Position numbers and translations under genes: made by a program. DNA of 64,000 nucleotides from Octopus sinensis (Eukaryota). Below are positions 24,905 to 36,748 of the stretch, one piece after another; positions within the stretch are counted from its first letter, which is position 1; each line of letters begins with the position of its first letter. The stretch lies in the NCBI RefSeq assembly GCF_006345805.1, contig NC_043006.1, forward strand, positions 67,270,001 through 67,334,000, in the 5' to 3' direction. Below the pieces are notes generated by a model that was given only the letters and a program-made list of their open reading frames with translations, had not been told where the DNA came from and searched no databases.

Positions 24905-25751
24905 TGTGTGTGTGTGTGTGTGTGGTGTTGTGTGTGTGTGTGTGTGCATACATGTGTCTGTGTGTATGTGTATCTTTGGCCAAGGTTGACCTTGGACAAA
25001 GCAACAACAGGTGCCATAAAACATTTATCAGAAGTTAGAATATAAGATATGTTCATATTCCTCTCGTCGTTATTGCGTATCAAAATACGAAACTCCGTGT
25101 TCTGCGCGTTTGAATGTGGCGGCGGCGGCGGCGGTGGCGGCGGTGGCGGCGGCGGCTGCGACGGCGACGGGCGGTGCTGTGGAAGAATCACGTGACTATA
25201 CTCGCTGTACATCTGTCAGCTGGAGTTTTTAATTATTTCTAAACTGTAAGTAATTATCTCAAGTCAATTAAATTGTCATAACAGAAATTGATAAAATAAA
25301 AAATATATATATATCTTCTGTCGACGAAGGTTTTAACCAGTTAATGATGCTTTTGATACTGTCGACGTTGTTGTTGCTGCAGCTGATGCTGCTGCTGCTG
25401 TTGTTGTTTCTGCTGCTGCTGTTGTTGCTGCTGCTGCTGCTGATGATGTTGTTGTTGCTTTTTACGCCGTTAATGTCGTTGCTCTTACTGTTCTTGCTGC
25501 TGTTTTGTTATAGCTATTGCTGCGGCTGTCCTTGCTGCTGCTGCTTACTCTGCTGCTGCTGCTTACTCTGCTGCTGCAGCTGCCGCTCATATTGGTGTTG
25601 TTGTTATTGTCATTGTTCTTCTTCGTCAGTTTCTTCTTCTTCTTCTTCTTCTTCTTCTTCTTCTTCTTCTTCTTCTTCTTCTTCTTCTTCTCTTCTTCTT
25701 CTTCTTCTTCTTTTCTTCTTGTTTGTTATCGCTATTGATATTGTTGTTGGC

Positions 25752-25941
25752 ACTAAGGCGGTGAGCTGGCAGAAACGTTAGCACGCCGGGCGAAATGCGT
25801 AGCCGTATTTCGTCTGTCGCTACGTTCTGAGTTCAAATTCCGCCGAGGTCGACTTTGCATTTCATTCTTTCGCACTGGGATCGATATAATCGACTTCATC
25901 CCTTTCCCCAAATTTTAGGCCTTGTGCTTCCTGTAGAAGTG

Positions 25942-25972
<31 letters not shown>

Positions 25973-26640
25973 CTGTTGTTGTTGTTCTTATTGTTTTGTT
26001 ATCGTTGTTGGTACTAAGGCGGTGAGCTGGCAGAATCGTTACCGCGCCGGAATAAAATGTTCTTCGGCATCTCTTCAGACTTTACGTTCTGAGTTCAAAT
26101 TCCGCTGAGCTCGACTTTGCCATTGATACTTTCGGGGTCGATAAAATTAAGTACCTGTTGCGTACTGATGTCGATCTAATCGACTGGCCCCCTTCGCAAA
26201 AATTTCGGGCCTTGTGCCTAGAGTAGAAAAGAATATATCTTTAAAAGGCGGCGAGCTGACAGAAACGTTAGCACGCCGGGCGAAATGCTTAGCGGTATTT
26301 CGTCTGCCGCTACGTTCTGAGTTCAAATTCAGCCGAGGTCAACTTTGCCTTTCATCCTTTCGGGGTCGATAAATTAAGTACCATTTACGCACTGGGGTCG
26401 ATGTAATCGACTTAATCGGTGAGTCTGTTCTTGTTTGTCCCCTCTGTGTTTAGCCCCTTGTGGGTAGTAAAGAAATAGGTATTTCGTTTGTGTTTACGTT
26501 CTGAGTTCAAATTCAGCCGAGGTCAACTTTGCCCTTCATCGTTTCGGGGTCGATAAACAAAGTACCAGTTGCGTACTGAGGTTGATCTAATCGCCTGGCC
26601 CTTTCCCCAAAAATTTCGGGCCTTGTACCTAGAGCAGAAA
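25752..26640 (+). mobile_element. Tandem cluster of four SINE copies
   Basis: Repeated ggcg.tgagctggcagaa.cgtta..acgttctgagttcaaattc.gccgaggtc.actttgcc; junction aaagaaataggtatttcg at ~26469-26486. Confidence 0.9.
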
Positions 26641-27967
26641 AAAAATTGAAAAAAAGTAACAGCCTGTATTTCTCAGGAATAGCTATAAATGTATCACCTC
26701 CATCTTACACACCACACACACAGAGACCTCTCCTCATTCAGTTCAGTATTCTGACACCCGCCCCCAACTACTCCACCACTGCCATCCACACTATCGCCAC
26801 CACCATCCCCAACCATCATCACAACCAACACTATCATCGTCATAATTACCACCACACAACCATCACCACCACAACCATCACCACCACTGCTATCATCATT
26901 AGCACTACTGTCACTACCACTACCATCATCATCACCGTCACCATCCTCATCATCAACCTCACCACCATCACCGTCACCACCACTACCACCATCATCATCT
27001 CCATCATCATCACCATCATCCCCACCACCACCATCGTCCCCACCACCACTATCATCACCATCATCACCATCATCATCAGCACTACCACTACCACCACCAC
27101 CATCATTATACCCATCACCTTCATTATCATCACTACTACCACTACCCTCATCATTACCACCATCACTACCACCGCTAGTATCACCATCATCATCACCACC
27201 ATCAGGATCACCACCACCATCATCAACACCATCATCAACACCCCCACTCATCACCACTATCATCACCACCATCATCATCATCACCACCACCACTACAATC
27301 AACATTACCACTATCATCGTCATCACCACCACCTTAGTCCCTCCACTAAATTTCTAGGTCGAAAATTCAAACACAGTTAACTCTTTTAATCTCTGTTGTA
27401 TCTCTTTTGGCTTCCGCTTAAAACACTTTATGCTGAATACAAACCCAATTAATATGATCACGTGACGAGGACATGACGAGCTCAAACGCGCAGAATCTGC
27501 AAAAATTGGATTATATTTATGAATTACATCATCTAGCTTTTGCCTATTTTTATCACGTCCGTCATCTGAGGGAAACTCGTTACTATTTCTTGCACGTTGA
27601 ACGTCCACATAGAGGATGGTCAAAATACAATGTAAATAATAACCTGACACGTTTGCTCTCTACGTGTTCGTTCGAACTGCTGGAAATAACAGCCGAATCT
27701 TTCGCAAATATTTCTTCGCTCTACTAAGAATAAGGACACATAGATTAATGAAATCCAATTTCGGAAACAGGAAGGCACGCTGGTCACAGTTGAGAAGATT
27801 TTGATCATTGATCTGCTGGTTCAAATCTGACCTGGGTCAAACAAATGCAGCAATAACAACAACAGCAAAGACGATGACGACAAACAAACAAGTGTGGCTA
27901 ACACATGCATCTCCATTATGGCTAACACACATCCCCACCTCTTATTTTCTCATTAACTGTTTGTCAG

Positions 27968-27981
27968 GGAATATTTTACCA
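27968..27981 (+). other. Candidate 14-nt microexon
   Basis: cttattttctcattaactgtttgtcAG|GGAATATTTTACCA|GTGAGT; motif evidence only. Confidence 0.2.
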
Positions 27982-28729
27982 GTGAGTAAAAGTATCAATA
28001 AAAATCCCCTATTTTGAAAGACCTTGTCACATTCAATAAAGCCAGATGCAAGGGGTTTCTGTAAACGCATGTACTGACAAACATATCAGCTGCAGAAATG
28101 CATTAACAAAAGTGTTTCATCTTCTGTACTGACAGGAAAACGAAAAAGCCCTGCTGCAAATCACCATTGTATCTTCAATCTTAATTACGTTGTCACACAC
28201 AAACTAGGTTTGTGGCATAGTTTTAGTGGTAATAGAAAACAAGTCGACCAGCCAATTTTACTACCTAAAATGGACGATATCAAAAGCATTCAAAAGTAAT
28301 CATGAAACCTTATGATATCAACTACCAAACTACAGTAAAACTTCAATGTCATGTGAAAGTCGTTTTATGAAGACACCACGTTGTTCCGTTGTTGGCCATA
28401 TCCAGTACCACCCTATTAGTCATCGCATATTCAGAAACACACGTATAAAAAATAATAAGGATTTGTTTTTATACTTTATGTCTAAATCAGGAAGGAAGGC
28501 AGTGGCTGTGACGCTTTACTAAGCATCTGATACAGGTTGGGAGGAGGGGATTTCCTTGAATCAGAGAGATGACCCGAATACTTGCAGCAGAATGAATTCT
28601 GTTCAGCTACCACCCCCTGGTAACCAGAACCCCCGGAGTTCGGGTTTAACTGGTGGACGGTTTGAGTCTGTCAGCTTAATACGCCGTTGCGGGATTTGAA
28701 CTAAAATTGAAAGGAGATTTGTAAGATAG

Positions 28730-28890
28730 GTGCAGGCGTGGCTGGGTGGTAAGAAGTTTGCTTCTCAACCACACTGTTCCTGGTTCAGTTCTACTGAGTA
28801 GTGCCTTAAACAAATGTCTTATACTATAGCCTCCAGCCGACCAAAGCCCTGCAAGTTAATTTGGTAGATGGAAACTGAAGAAGACCGACG
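28730..28890 (+). mobile_element. CORE-like tRNA-SINE, degenerate
   Basis: gcaggcgtggctgggtggtaagaagtttgct..tactatagcctcc.gccgaccaaagcc..ttggtagatggaaactgaagaag; homologs at 39725-39890 and 62085-62225. Confidence 0.75.
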
Positions 28891-28915
28891 TTTATATATA
28901 TATATATATTATATA

Positions 28916-28946
<31 letters not shown>

Positions 28947-28970
28947 ATATATATATATTATATTTATATA

Positions 28971-29830
28971 CGTGGGCCGATCACAAAGTATCCGAACTGT
29001 TGCTGTACTAACGAAGCAAAAGCACACAGAGTAATGCCGCTTGGTGCAGACTGACCCTCAACTCTGCTGTGCATGCGCACTAAGTTTTAACGCTCTGGCT
29101 TACTTCCGCTGATTACAGCAATGCTTGGAAGGAAGGTGTGAAGCGTGTAATCCTCGCATTGAATATGACAGAGAAAGTTGAGCAAATATTCTGCATCGAA
29201 TTTTGCCAAAAGCTTGTTGATACCTGCTCAGGGACTTACGCAGTTTTCAAACAGTTTTCATCGTTCTCGACACAATCAAGGAGATTTGTGCAAATAAAAC
29301 CCGAATGTCCTTTTGGTCAGCTGAAAACAGTTTGAGCACAAACTAGGTAGACACACGTTTCATACCCAAATCTGCAGTGTTAATAGACTGAACTAAATCG
29401 TAACTAATTTGCAATCTTCTCATAACTCATGAATGGTGATTCAACTATTTCCCCTCACTGCTGCATGCATATCTGCGATGTTGTTCTCAGTTCTGCTGAG
29501 TCTCCAAAAACATTTTTTCGGCCATCATGGAAACGGCTAAACCACTCGTATATTTGTGTGTTGCTCATACACTCCTCTCCATACAATTTTGTATGAGTCT
29601 CTGAGCAGATATCGCCATTACAACTTTCACTGTCATGGTGAATGCGACGATCATACGCTACGCACCTTCCTTCGAAGCACTGCTGTAAATAGTGGAAGTG
29701 AACTACAACGTTAAAACTAAGTGCGCACTCACAGCAGAGTTCAATCTCAATCTGTACTAAGCGGCTACACTTTGCGTGCTTAAGCTTCGTTACTATGGCA
29801 ACAGTTCGGATTCTTATTGATCAAACCTCG
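28971..29830. mobile_element. Non-autonomous mariner derivative made of two inverted transposase 5' ends
   Basis: TA|cgtgggccgatcac ... gatcaaacctcg; plus arm encodes MTEKVEQIFCIEFCQKLVDTCS, minus arm encodes a HTH region (TQIYEWFSRFHDGRK). Confidence 0.85.
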
Positions 29831-30009
29831 TGTATATAATATATATATATATATATATAATGTTTGTGTACATACATACATGTGTGTGTGCGTGTGTGTG
29901 GATGTGAGTGCGTACGTGCATGTGTGTGTGTCTGTGTGTATGTGTGTCTTTGTGTCTGTGTTTGAACCCACCACATTTGACATCTGGTTTTCGCTAGTTT
30001 GTACCCTCG

Positions 30010-30180
30010 TAACTGAGTGGTTCGGCAAAAAAGAAAGAAACGATAGAATAAGTAGCAGCCTTTATTAAAAAGAAAAAAAAGACCTGTGGTTGATTAGTTC
30101 GACTAAAACACTTCAAAGCGATGCTCCAGCATGGCCGCAGTCTAATGACCGAAACAATTAACAGATAAAAGATAGAACAT
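30010..30180 (+). mobile_element. SINE 3' half with CR1-like stem-loop tail
   Basis: gcgatgctccagcatggccgcagtctaatgaccgaaac at 30118-30155. Confidence 0.75.
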
Positions 30181-30546
30181 AAAAGATGTCTGTGACTCCC
30201 TAGTCTTTCAGTAACCTACATAAGTATTACGTGGATGGTGGTTATTATAGAACAACGCAGAGTGTATTTGCATTCAAGCAATACTTGTAGCTTGTATTGT
30301 GCAAGATATCGGATAAACAATGACATCAAACTGCCCCTGCCCCCAGCACTCATTCACAAAATATAAAACTCAGAACAAAGTGAATGCCGTAGTTAATGGC
30401 AATATTTGTGCACAACTGCAATCAACTGGCTGGAACCAGTAAAAACCTAATGAGTATATATACACACACATGCGCATATTTATACACGCGTACGGACAAT
30501 CACGCGTATTTGAATATGCACGTGTATATAATATATATATATATAT

Positions 30547-30577
<31 letters not shown>

Positions 30578-30601
30578 ATAAATAGATAGATATACATATA
30601 T

Positions 30602-30633
<32 letters not shown>

Positions 30634-30848
30634 GCTTTTATGTATGAGTATGTATGAGTATGTATATATGTATATTTATATATGTGTATGTGTGTCTGTA
30701 TGTATGTGTGTGTGAGTGCGTGTGCAGATATATAGTTTAATAAAATTTTCTTTTTTCCTATGTAATTGAGAGTACATTAGTGTCACATAAAATTTACAAT
30801 TATTTCATTTCAATCCGAGAATCCATACATATGTTTTTGTGAGTGTAA

Positions 30849-30883
<35 letters not shown>

Positions 30884-30957
30884 GTGGGTGTGTGTATGTA
30901 TATATGTATATGTATGAATGTATTTATGTATATGTATGTATATATATATATATATAT

Positions 30958-30988
<31 letters not shown>

Positions 30989-31490
30989 ATATATACATAT
31001 GGATAGATGGATAGATGGATGCATACATGTGTCGGGTGAGAGAGAGAGGAAGGTGTGTGAGGAGTCGTTAAGACTTGGATGAAAATGTTTGAGGTATTTC
31101 AATGGTAGCTTCGAATGAAAGGATTGGTTAATATAGAAATATACAACGGCGAATATACAAAAAAAATTTAAAGAGAGCGAAATAAAGATAGAGATAAAAT
31201 ACGAAACAAGAATAAATGAATGAAATGAATGAATGAAGGAATGAATGAATGAATGAATGAATGAGTGAATGAATGAATGAGAGAAAGAGAGAAAGAAAGA
31301 AAGGGTAGAAGGAAAGACATAAATACAGAGAGAAAGAATCTGTGACAATATGGCTGTTCTGGAAAATATATCAACGACAATTTTATGGTTGAATCTGTTT
31401 CTTTGTTACTTTAGACCTCGGCAATGTATAATGTTACCAGATTTATATACGTACACATACACACACACACACACATACACACACACACAT

Positions 31491-31524
<34 letters not shown>

Positions 31525-31775
31525 TATATACATATATACATATATATATATATATACATGCACACACATATGTGATGGAAATTTGCATGAAAATATAAAA
31601 AGGTATATAAATATGTGTGTTGTATTGCGTGTGTGTGTGCATATGGGCGTGCTTGTATCATATATATATATTTATATACATTTATATATATGTATTAATA
31701 TATATGACGAAAAGTCACTGGAAAAAGGATATATGTATTTGCATTGGGACCCTTCCATCGAAAACCGGTGATTGT

Positions 31776-31820
31776 CGTGTGCTGATGACGGGTCAATACC
31801 CAGAAACTGCAGTCCGTGCG
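31776..31820 (+). ncRNA. Hammerhead ribozyme motif, canonical core
   Basis: CGTGTG-CTGATGA-C.GGG(tcaata)CCC.A-GAAA-CTGCAG-TC-CGTGCG; lies upstream of the repeat tail 31885-32035. Confidence 0.75.
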
Positions 31821-32225
31821 TATCACTCAGGCTGACGAGGGAAGGATGACCTCCCTTTGCAAATACCGATAGGGCACAGAAAGTGTGTCAATAGCCAGCC
31901 GGAGAAGATGTTCTCCTGGGGCCACAAGCTACAGTAGCATCCACCCTTAGTGGTTAGCCATATTTAGATGGCAAATATACTTCACATTGTCGTGCAGTTA
32001 CTGTCTATACCTCATTCAGAGATTTATTATTGCTTATATATATATATATATATATATATATAGGTGAGAAAGTTGATGTGTGAAAGCACGTGGTTGGATA
32101 TATAGAAAATAGTAAAAAGGGAAAAAACTGCAGAAGGCTTGTTTTATAAGGTTAAAGAATATATTTGAATCATTATGTTGGAAAAATGTTATAAAATGTT
32201 TTCATACAGTAACAAAGTTTTTGAA

Positions 32226-32260
32226 GAAATTACTGGTTTCGTGTTAACTTTTCAAATTTC
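32226..32260 (-). ncRNA. Minimal hammerhead motif, U3:A8 core
   Basis: GAAAT-TTGAAAA-GT(taac)AC-GAAA-CCAG-TA-ATTTC; perfect 5-bp helix I. Confidence 0.72.
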
Positions 32261-32429
32261 TCATCAAGTGTCTTTACCTACATCTCGTGTTAGTCTTCGT
32301 TATGAAGTGCAAAGAAGAGTTCCAGGTAGGAGGAGGTAATAAGCGATTTCTTCCTTCCCGTATAGGGAGATAATCGCTTTATATTCTTTTTCCCTTTATT
32401 TGATGGGGTGAGTTTCTCTGTAATAAGAA

Positions 32430-33498
32430 TGTTAGAGTGGTTAAGTTTGGGTTTATATTTTTCAATGCAGAATGTTTCCTTGTTTAATCTAATTTATGTT
32501 GGTGTTCCAATAGCACATTGATAGAATGGAAAGATTAAAAATTGTGGTAGTAGTTGCTTTGCGCATTTCTCAATATGCTCACTAAAGGGTATCATTTTGT
32601 ATTCTAGGAATGCAATCTGTTGTCGATGCAGAGTGCATCTACGTCTGAGTGATAGTCCCGTGGACCCCACGTAGTTTTGGTGGCAGCCCGAGCACCTTAT
32701 GACATAAATTATGTTTTCAGAAGCACAAGTAAAATTAGATTTGATCTTGAATTTTTGTCCCTCTTTGAAAAGGAATTCTGATCCTTCTAGAAGGTTTGGG
32801 CATGTTGCGCAGTTTGGCCTACCACATTTTTTTACTTTTGCATCCGTAGTTTCAGAAAACAATTTTGCCTTTGTGAGAATCTTTTTAAGTGATTTAGGTT
32901 GTTTGTAGTTTTTAATGATTTTATGTATGTTTAGAATTTCCTTTAATTTGAGGTCCTTATGAAGTATTGGCAAATTCTGGGTGATGATGGTGAAGGTTTC
33001 TTTGTTTCTGGGGTTGTATGTGGATATGTAAGGCAGTATTTTCGGGGAAGGTGTGTTGTTGTGTTGAACTTTTCTCAAAGTTTCTATGTCAATTTCTGTT
33101 GCACGTCTGATCCTATCCTCTATGAGTTGAGCTAGGTAGTGTCTGTCAATTAGGGTGTTTTTGAGTTCTTGTAGTCTAAGGTTCCTGCCATTTTGTTCTG
33201 ACACTATTGTGCATATCCTTCTTGCAAGGTTGAATGGGATGTTTTTTTTAGTGTGTCTTGGGTGGCATGAATCAAAAAGTAGGTATTGTTTAGCGTCTGT
33301 GGGTTTGTAAAAAATGTCTGTCTCTATTTTAAGGTTAATTTTTTTAATTAGTATATCTAAGAATGGAAGCTCCTTTTGGCTGTATTCCATTGTGATCTGT
33401 ATATTTGGGTTGATGCTGTTCAATAGGTTTTTGAATTTTAGGAGTTTATCTGTGTTTTCATTCCAGAGTATAAAACAATCGTCCAGAATCGTTTCCAA
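32430..33498 (-). pseudogene. PLE reverse transcriptase C-terminus plus GIY-YIG endonuclease (truncated, terminal frameshift)
   Basis: LDDCFILW, LPFLDILI, TDIFYKPTD..QYLLFDSCHP, CGRPNCATC, NIIYVIRCSGCHQNYVGST; a second frame continues RLNKETFCIEKYKPKLN. Confidence 0.92.
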
Positions 33499-33510
33499 TT
33501 CTCTTTTATA

Positions 33511-33541
<31 letters not shown>

Positions 33542-33546
33542 ATATT

Positions 33547-33660
<114 letters not shown>

Positions 33661-33689
33661 TATCTATATAATATATATATATATATATT

Positions 33690-34800
33690 ATATGTATGTT
33701 TCTTTATTAGCCACACAGGGCTGCACACAGACAGGACAAATTACAAGGTAGAGATTTTCTTTTGGGGGTAAAAAGGGGGGTTTGGTTTTCGATCAAAAGG
33801 GATCGTAAAGGGAAAGAAAGATGACAAAAAAAGGGGGGAATAAAATTTTTAAAAAAGGGGGAAGAGGAAAAAAGATGGAAAGGAAAAAAAATTGACCAAT
33901 AGGGATCGTTATCACAGAAATGTCAATATAAAGTGTAAAGGGGAGGACAGGTGAGGTTTACCCGTGGAAAGAAAAGCCTACGGAAAAGACCACGGTAACC
34001 TCGGTCAATGGACATTTTGGATATTTTATTTATTTCTCTATCTAACTATATCTAATTATATTTAAATTTAATATTTAATAGTGCGATAGAGGGTAGAGAA
34101 GAACTAGAGAACGAAAGTGTCTATGTATTTAGAGAGATTGAGAGCTGAGAGAAGATAAGAAGAGAGTAGGAGAGAGTGAGAGGAGAAAATTCGCGTCTAT
34201 ATATTTAGAAAAATTGATAGGCTGAGAGAGGAAAGATGGTGTGACAGAGAGAAGTGGAGAAGTGAAGGGACAAGGAAAGAGGCGTGGGGGAGAGATGTGA
34301 AGAGACAGAGAGAGAAAGAAATGAAAGAGAGGAGGTTATGGAAAAGATTGAGCGGCTGAGAGAAGATAAGGAGAGAGTGAGAGAGAGTCTATATATTAAA
34401 GAAGATTGAGAGGCTGAGAGAAGAAAGATGGTGTGATAGAGAAAGCGATGTAAGAGAGGAAGTGATGCAAAAGATTGAGCGGCTGAGAGAAGATAAGAAG
34501 AAAGTGAGAGCCTATAAATTTAGGAAGAAAGATGGTGTGATAAAGAGATGAAAGAGAGGATGTGATGCAAAAGATTGAGCGGCTGAGAGAAGAAAGATGG
34601 TGTGATAGAGAGAAGTGAAGAAACAGAGGTAGAAAGAAAAGAAAGAGAGGAGGTTAAGAAGCTGAAACAGAAGTTGAAAGATTATTAACAGAATGTAAAT
34701 TATAAATATATAGCTACAAACGTTTTCTTCTAAACTAAACTAATTGCGACTATACTTCTAATGTTCGCGTCTATATATTTAGGGAGATTGAGGGGCTGAG
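33690..34800 (-). mobile_element. Non-coding retroelement 3' UTR-like segment with internal GA-rich repeats
   Basis: Minus-strand end ctgtgtgcagccctgtgtggctaataaagaaa (AATAAA) abuts (TA)n; aagattgag.ggctgagagaag and ttcgcgtctatatatttag are repeated internally. Confidence 0.5.
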
Positions 34801-34823
34801 TAAATATATATATATATATATAT

Positions 34824-34864
<41 letters not shown>

Positions 34865-34964
34865 AAAAAATGAGGTAATCAATCGGATGGTTCATATTTA
34901 TAGATATTTATTTAATATTACATTTTTTTACATATATATCATATCATTCAGATCATATCATTCG

Positions 34965-35003
34965 GATTAGCGCTTTCTCCCAATCGAGTGGGCTTTTCAA
35001 ATC
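34965..35003 (-). ncRNA. Minimal hammerhead motif, U3:A8 core
   Basis: GAT-TTGAAAA-G.CCCA(ctcgat)TGGG.A-GAAA-GCGC-TA-ATC. Confidence 0.68.
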
Positions 35004-36223
35004 AAATCAATTCCTTGTGGGTAATTTGAACATTTTATAGTTTCGTAGTAGTGGTGGGGAGGAATAAAACAGTATAAAAGGGTGAGGAGGAAGTGAGACA
35101 GAGAAAATATGTGTGTATGTGTATGTGTGTGTGTGTGTATGTGTGTGTGTATGTGTGTGTGTGTGTGTGTGCGTTTGTATCTGATAGGGAAGAAGAAGTA
35201 TTGTTATTCCGTTGGCCTACTGGACCTCCTGTGGTTTTCTAAGAATTTTGGCTCTGCTCTCTGTCCAGTCTCGTGTCACTGAGTGTGTGTTGTGCGTAGG
35301 CTGGCCGGACAAATGTCATTTGGGGTCACACTTTCTATGATCGTTTTATGGAGGTGTGTGTGTGTGTGTTCGTGTGTGTTTTTGTGTGCGTGTATGTGTG
35401 TCTCTGTGTGTTTGGAGAAGGAGAGAGAGAAAGAAAGAGAAAAGGGAAAATAAAAATAAAAATAAATATAAAAATTAAAAATAATAAAAAATAAAAAATA
35501 AAAAGATAAAAAATACAAAATAAAATATAAAAAAAATAAATAAAAAATAAATAAAAATAAGGGAGGAAGTGGAGAAGAAAAAAATATTTTTGTGTGTTGA
35601 TATTTATACCAATACATATATATATACACACAGACTTATACATAAAATATTTGAAAAAAACCTTTTTATCGGTTCAAAATGAATAACCAAATTACACCAT
35701 CTTGAAAATTGTATATCATAGGAAAGTTAAAATTAAAGTGACAATTAAAAGATAAGATGGAAGTAAATTATAAAGATAATAATATAATATAATGTATATA
35801 ACAGGCAATACACATATCTATACACACACAGATATATATATAATAATATATACACAACATACACATACAGACATATCCTAATGTTCTACTATATTAGATT
35901 GTAAATCGAAAGATGTGTCCTTCAATGTCACTATATATATATATATACATGCTTACACATGAAATATTAGAGAAAAATCCACCTTCTATCGAATCAAAAT
36001 GAACAATCAAGTTACACCATCTTGAAAATTGTATATCATAGGAAGGTTAAAATTAGAATGACAATTGGCAAGTAAAGATCAAGTAAATTGCAAAAACAAT
36101 ATAGTGTATATAACAGGTAACATACACACACATATCTATATATATACACACATATATTAAATGTTCCACTGTATCATATTGTAAATCGAAAAATTTGTCC
36201 TTCAATGTATGTTGAGTAAAGTC

Positions 36224-36530
36224 TCAGCCATTTAATTTGGGGGAGAACTTAGCTATGAAATGTTTTTCCATATTCCTCCTGAAGGAGGTGTCGTTCTTCG
36301 GACACTTGTAGAAGGGAAATATCTTAAATTTTCCTTCTCCACATGTAGCTAGGTGTGTGCTTAGTGGTATTTTGCGTAGTTCTTCCTGCCGAATATGTTG
36401 TCGGTGGATCCTGGCTCGCTGGCACAAAGAATTACCAGTTTCACCTACGTAATTCTCCTTGCACGTGGGGCAGGTTATGCAGTATATGACGTTCTGCGTC
36501 TTGCAGTTCATATCTGCATTTACTTTGAAT
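36224..36530 (-). pseudogene. PLE GIY-YIG endonuclease domain (5'-truncated, open)
   Basis: FKVNADMNCKTQNVIYCITCPTCKENYVGETGNSLCQRARIHRQHI..MEKHFIAKFSPKLNG. Confidence 0.9.
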
Positions 36531-36704
36531 CGGAACCATCCGATCTGATTACCTCATTTTTTCTTATATATAATACCTGTACATCATCTCCAAACCTTCC
36601 AATATATATATATATATGTATAAGGGTGGAAGGAACACACGAGTTGATATATATGAAAAAACAAGTCAAAAATAGAAAATGCTAAAATGATTTTATAGTG
36701 AATC

Positions 36705-36748
36705 TTTCAGTACCGGTTTCGGTCATTTTGAGACCTTTTCAACTGTAA
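36705..36748 (-). ncRNA. Minimal hammerhead motif, U3:A8 core
   Basis: Reverse complement of 37517-37560. Confidence 0.75.

Larger units (their letters stand above)
32062..33500 (-). mobile_element. 5'-truncated Penelope-like element (RT C-terminus, GIY-YIG, 3' tail) between (TA)n tracts
   Basis: 334-aa ORF plus hammerhead in the 3' region; both ends abut (TA)n. Confidence 0.9.
34862..36572 (-). mobile_element. 5'-truncated PLE with long 3' region and an inverted copy of its own terminus
   Basis: aagaaaaaatgaggtaatca.atcggatggttc at 34862-34893 is inverted at ~36534-36570; GIY-YIG ORF, two ~300-bp direct repeats (35645-36200) and an HHR lie between. Confidence 0.8.

Noticed and set aside
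26646-27380. 244-aa Thr/Ile/His-rich ORF (mucin- or His-rich-like)
   Set aside because: Mixed trinucleotide array open in several frames on both strands, with no non-repetitive domain.
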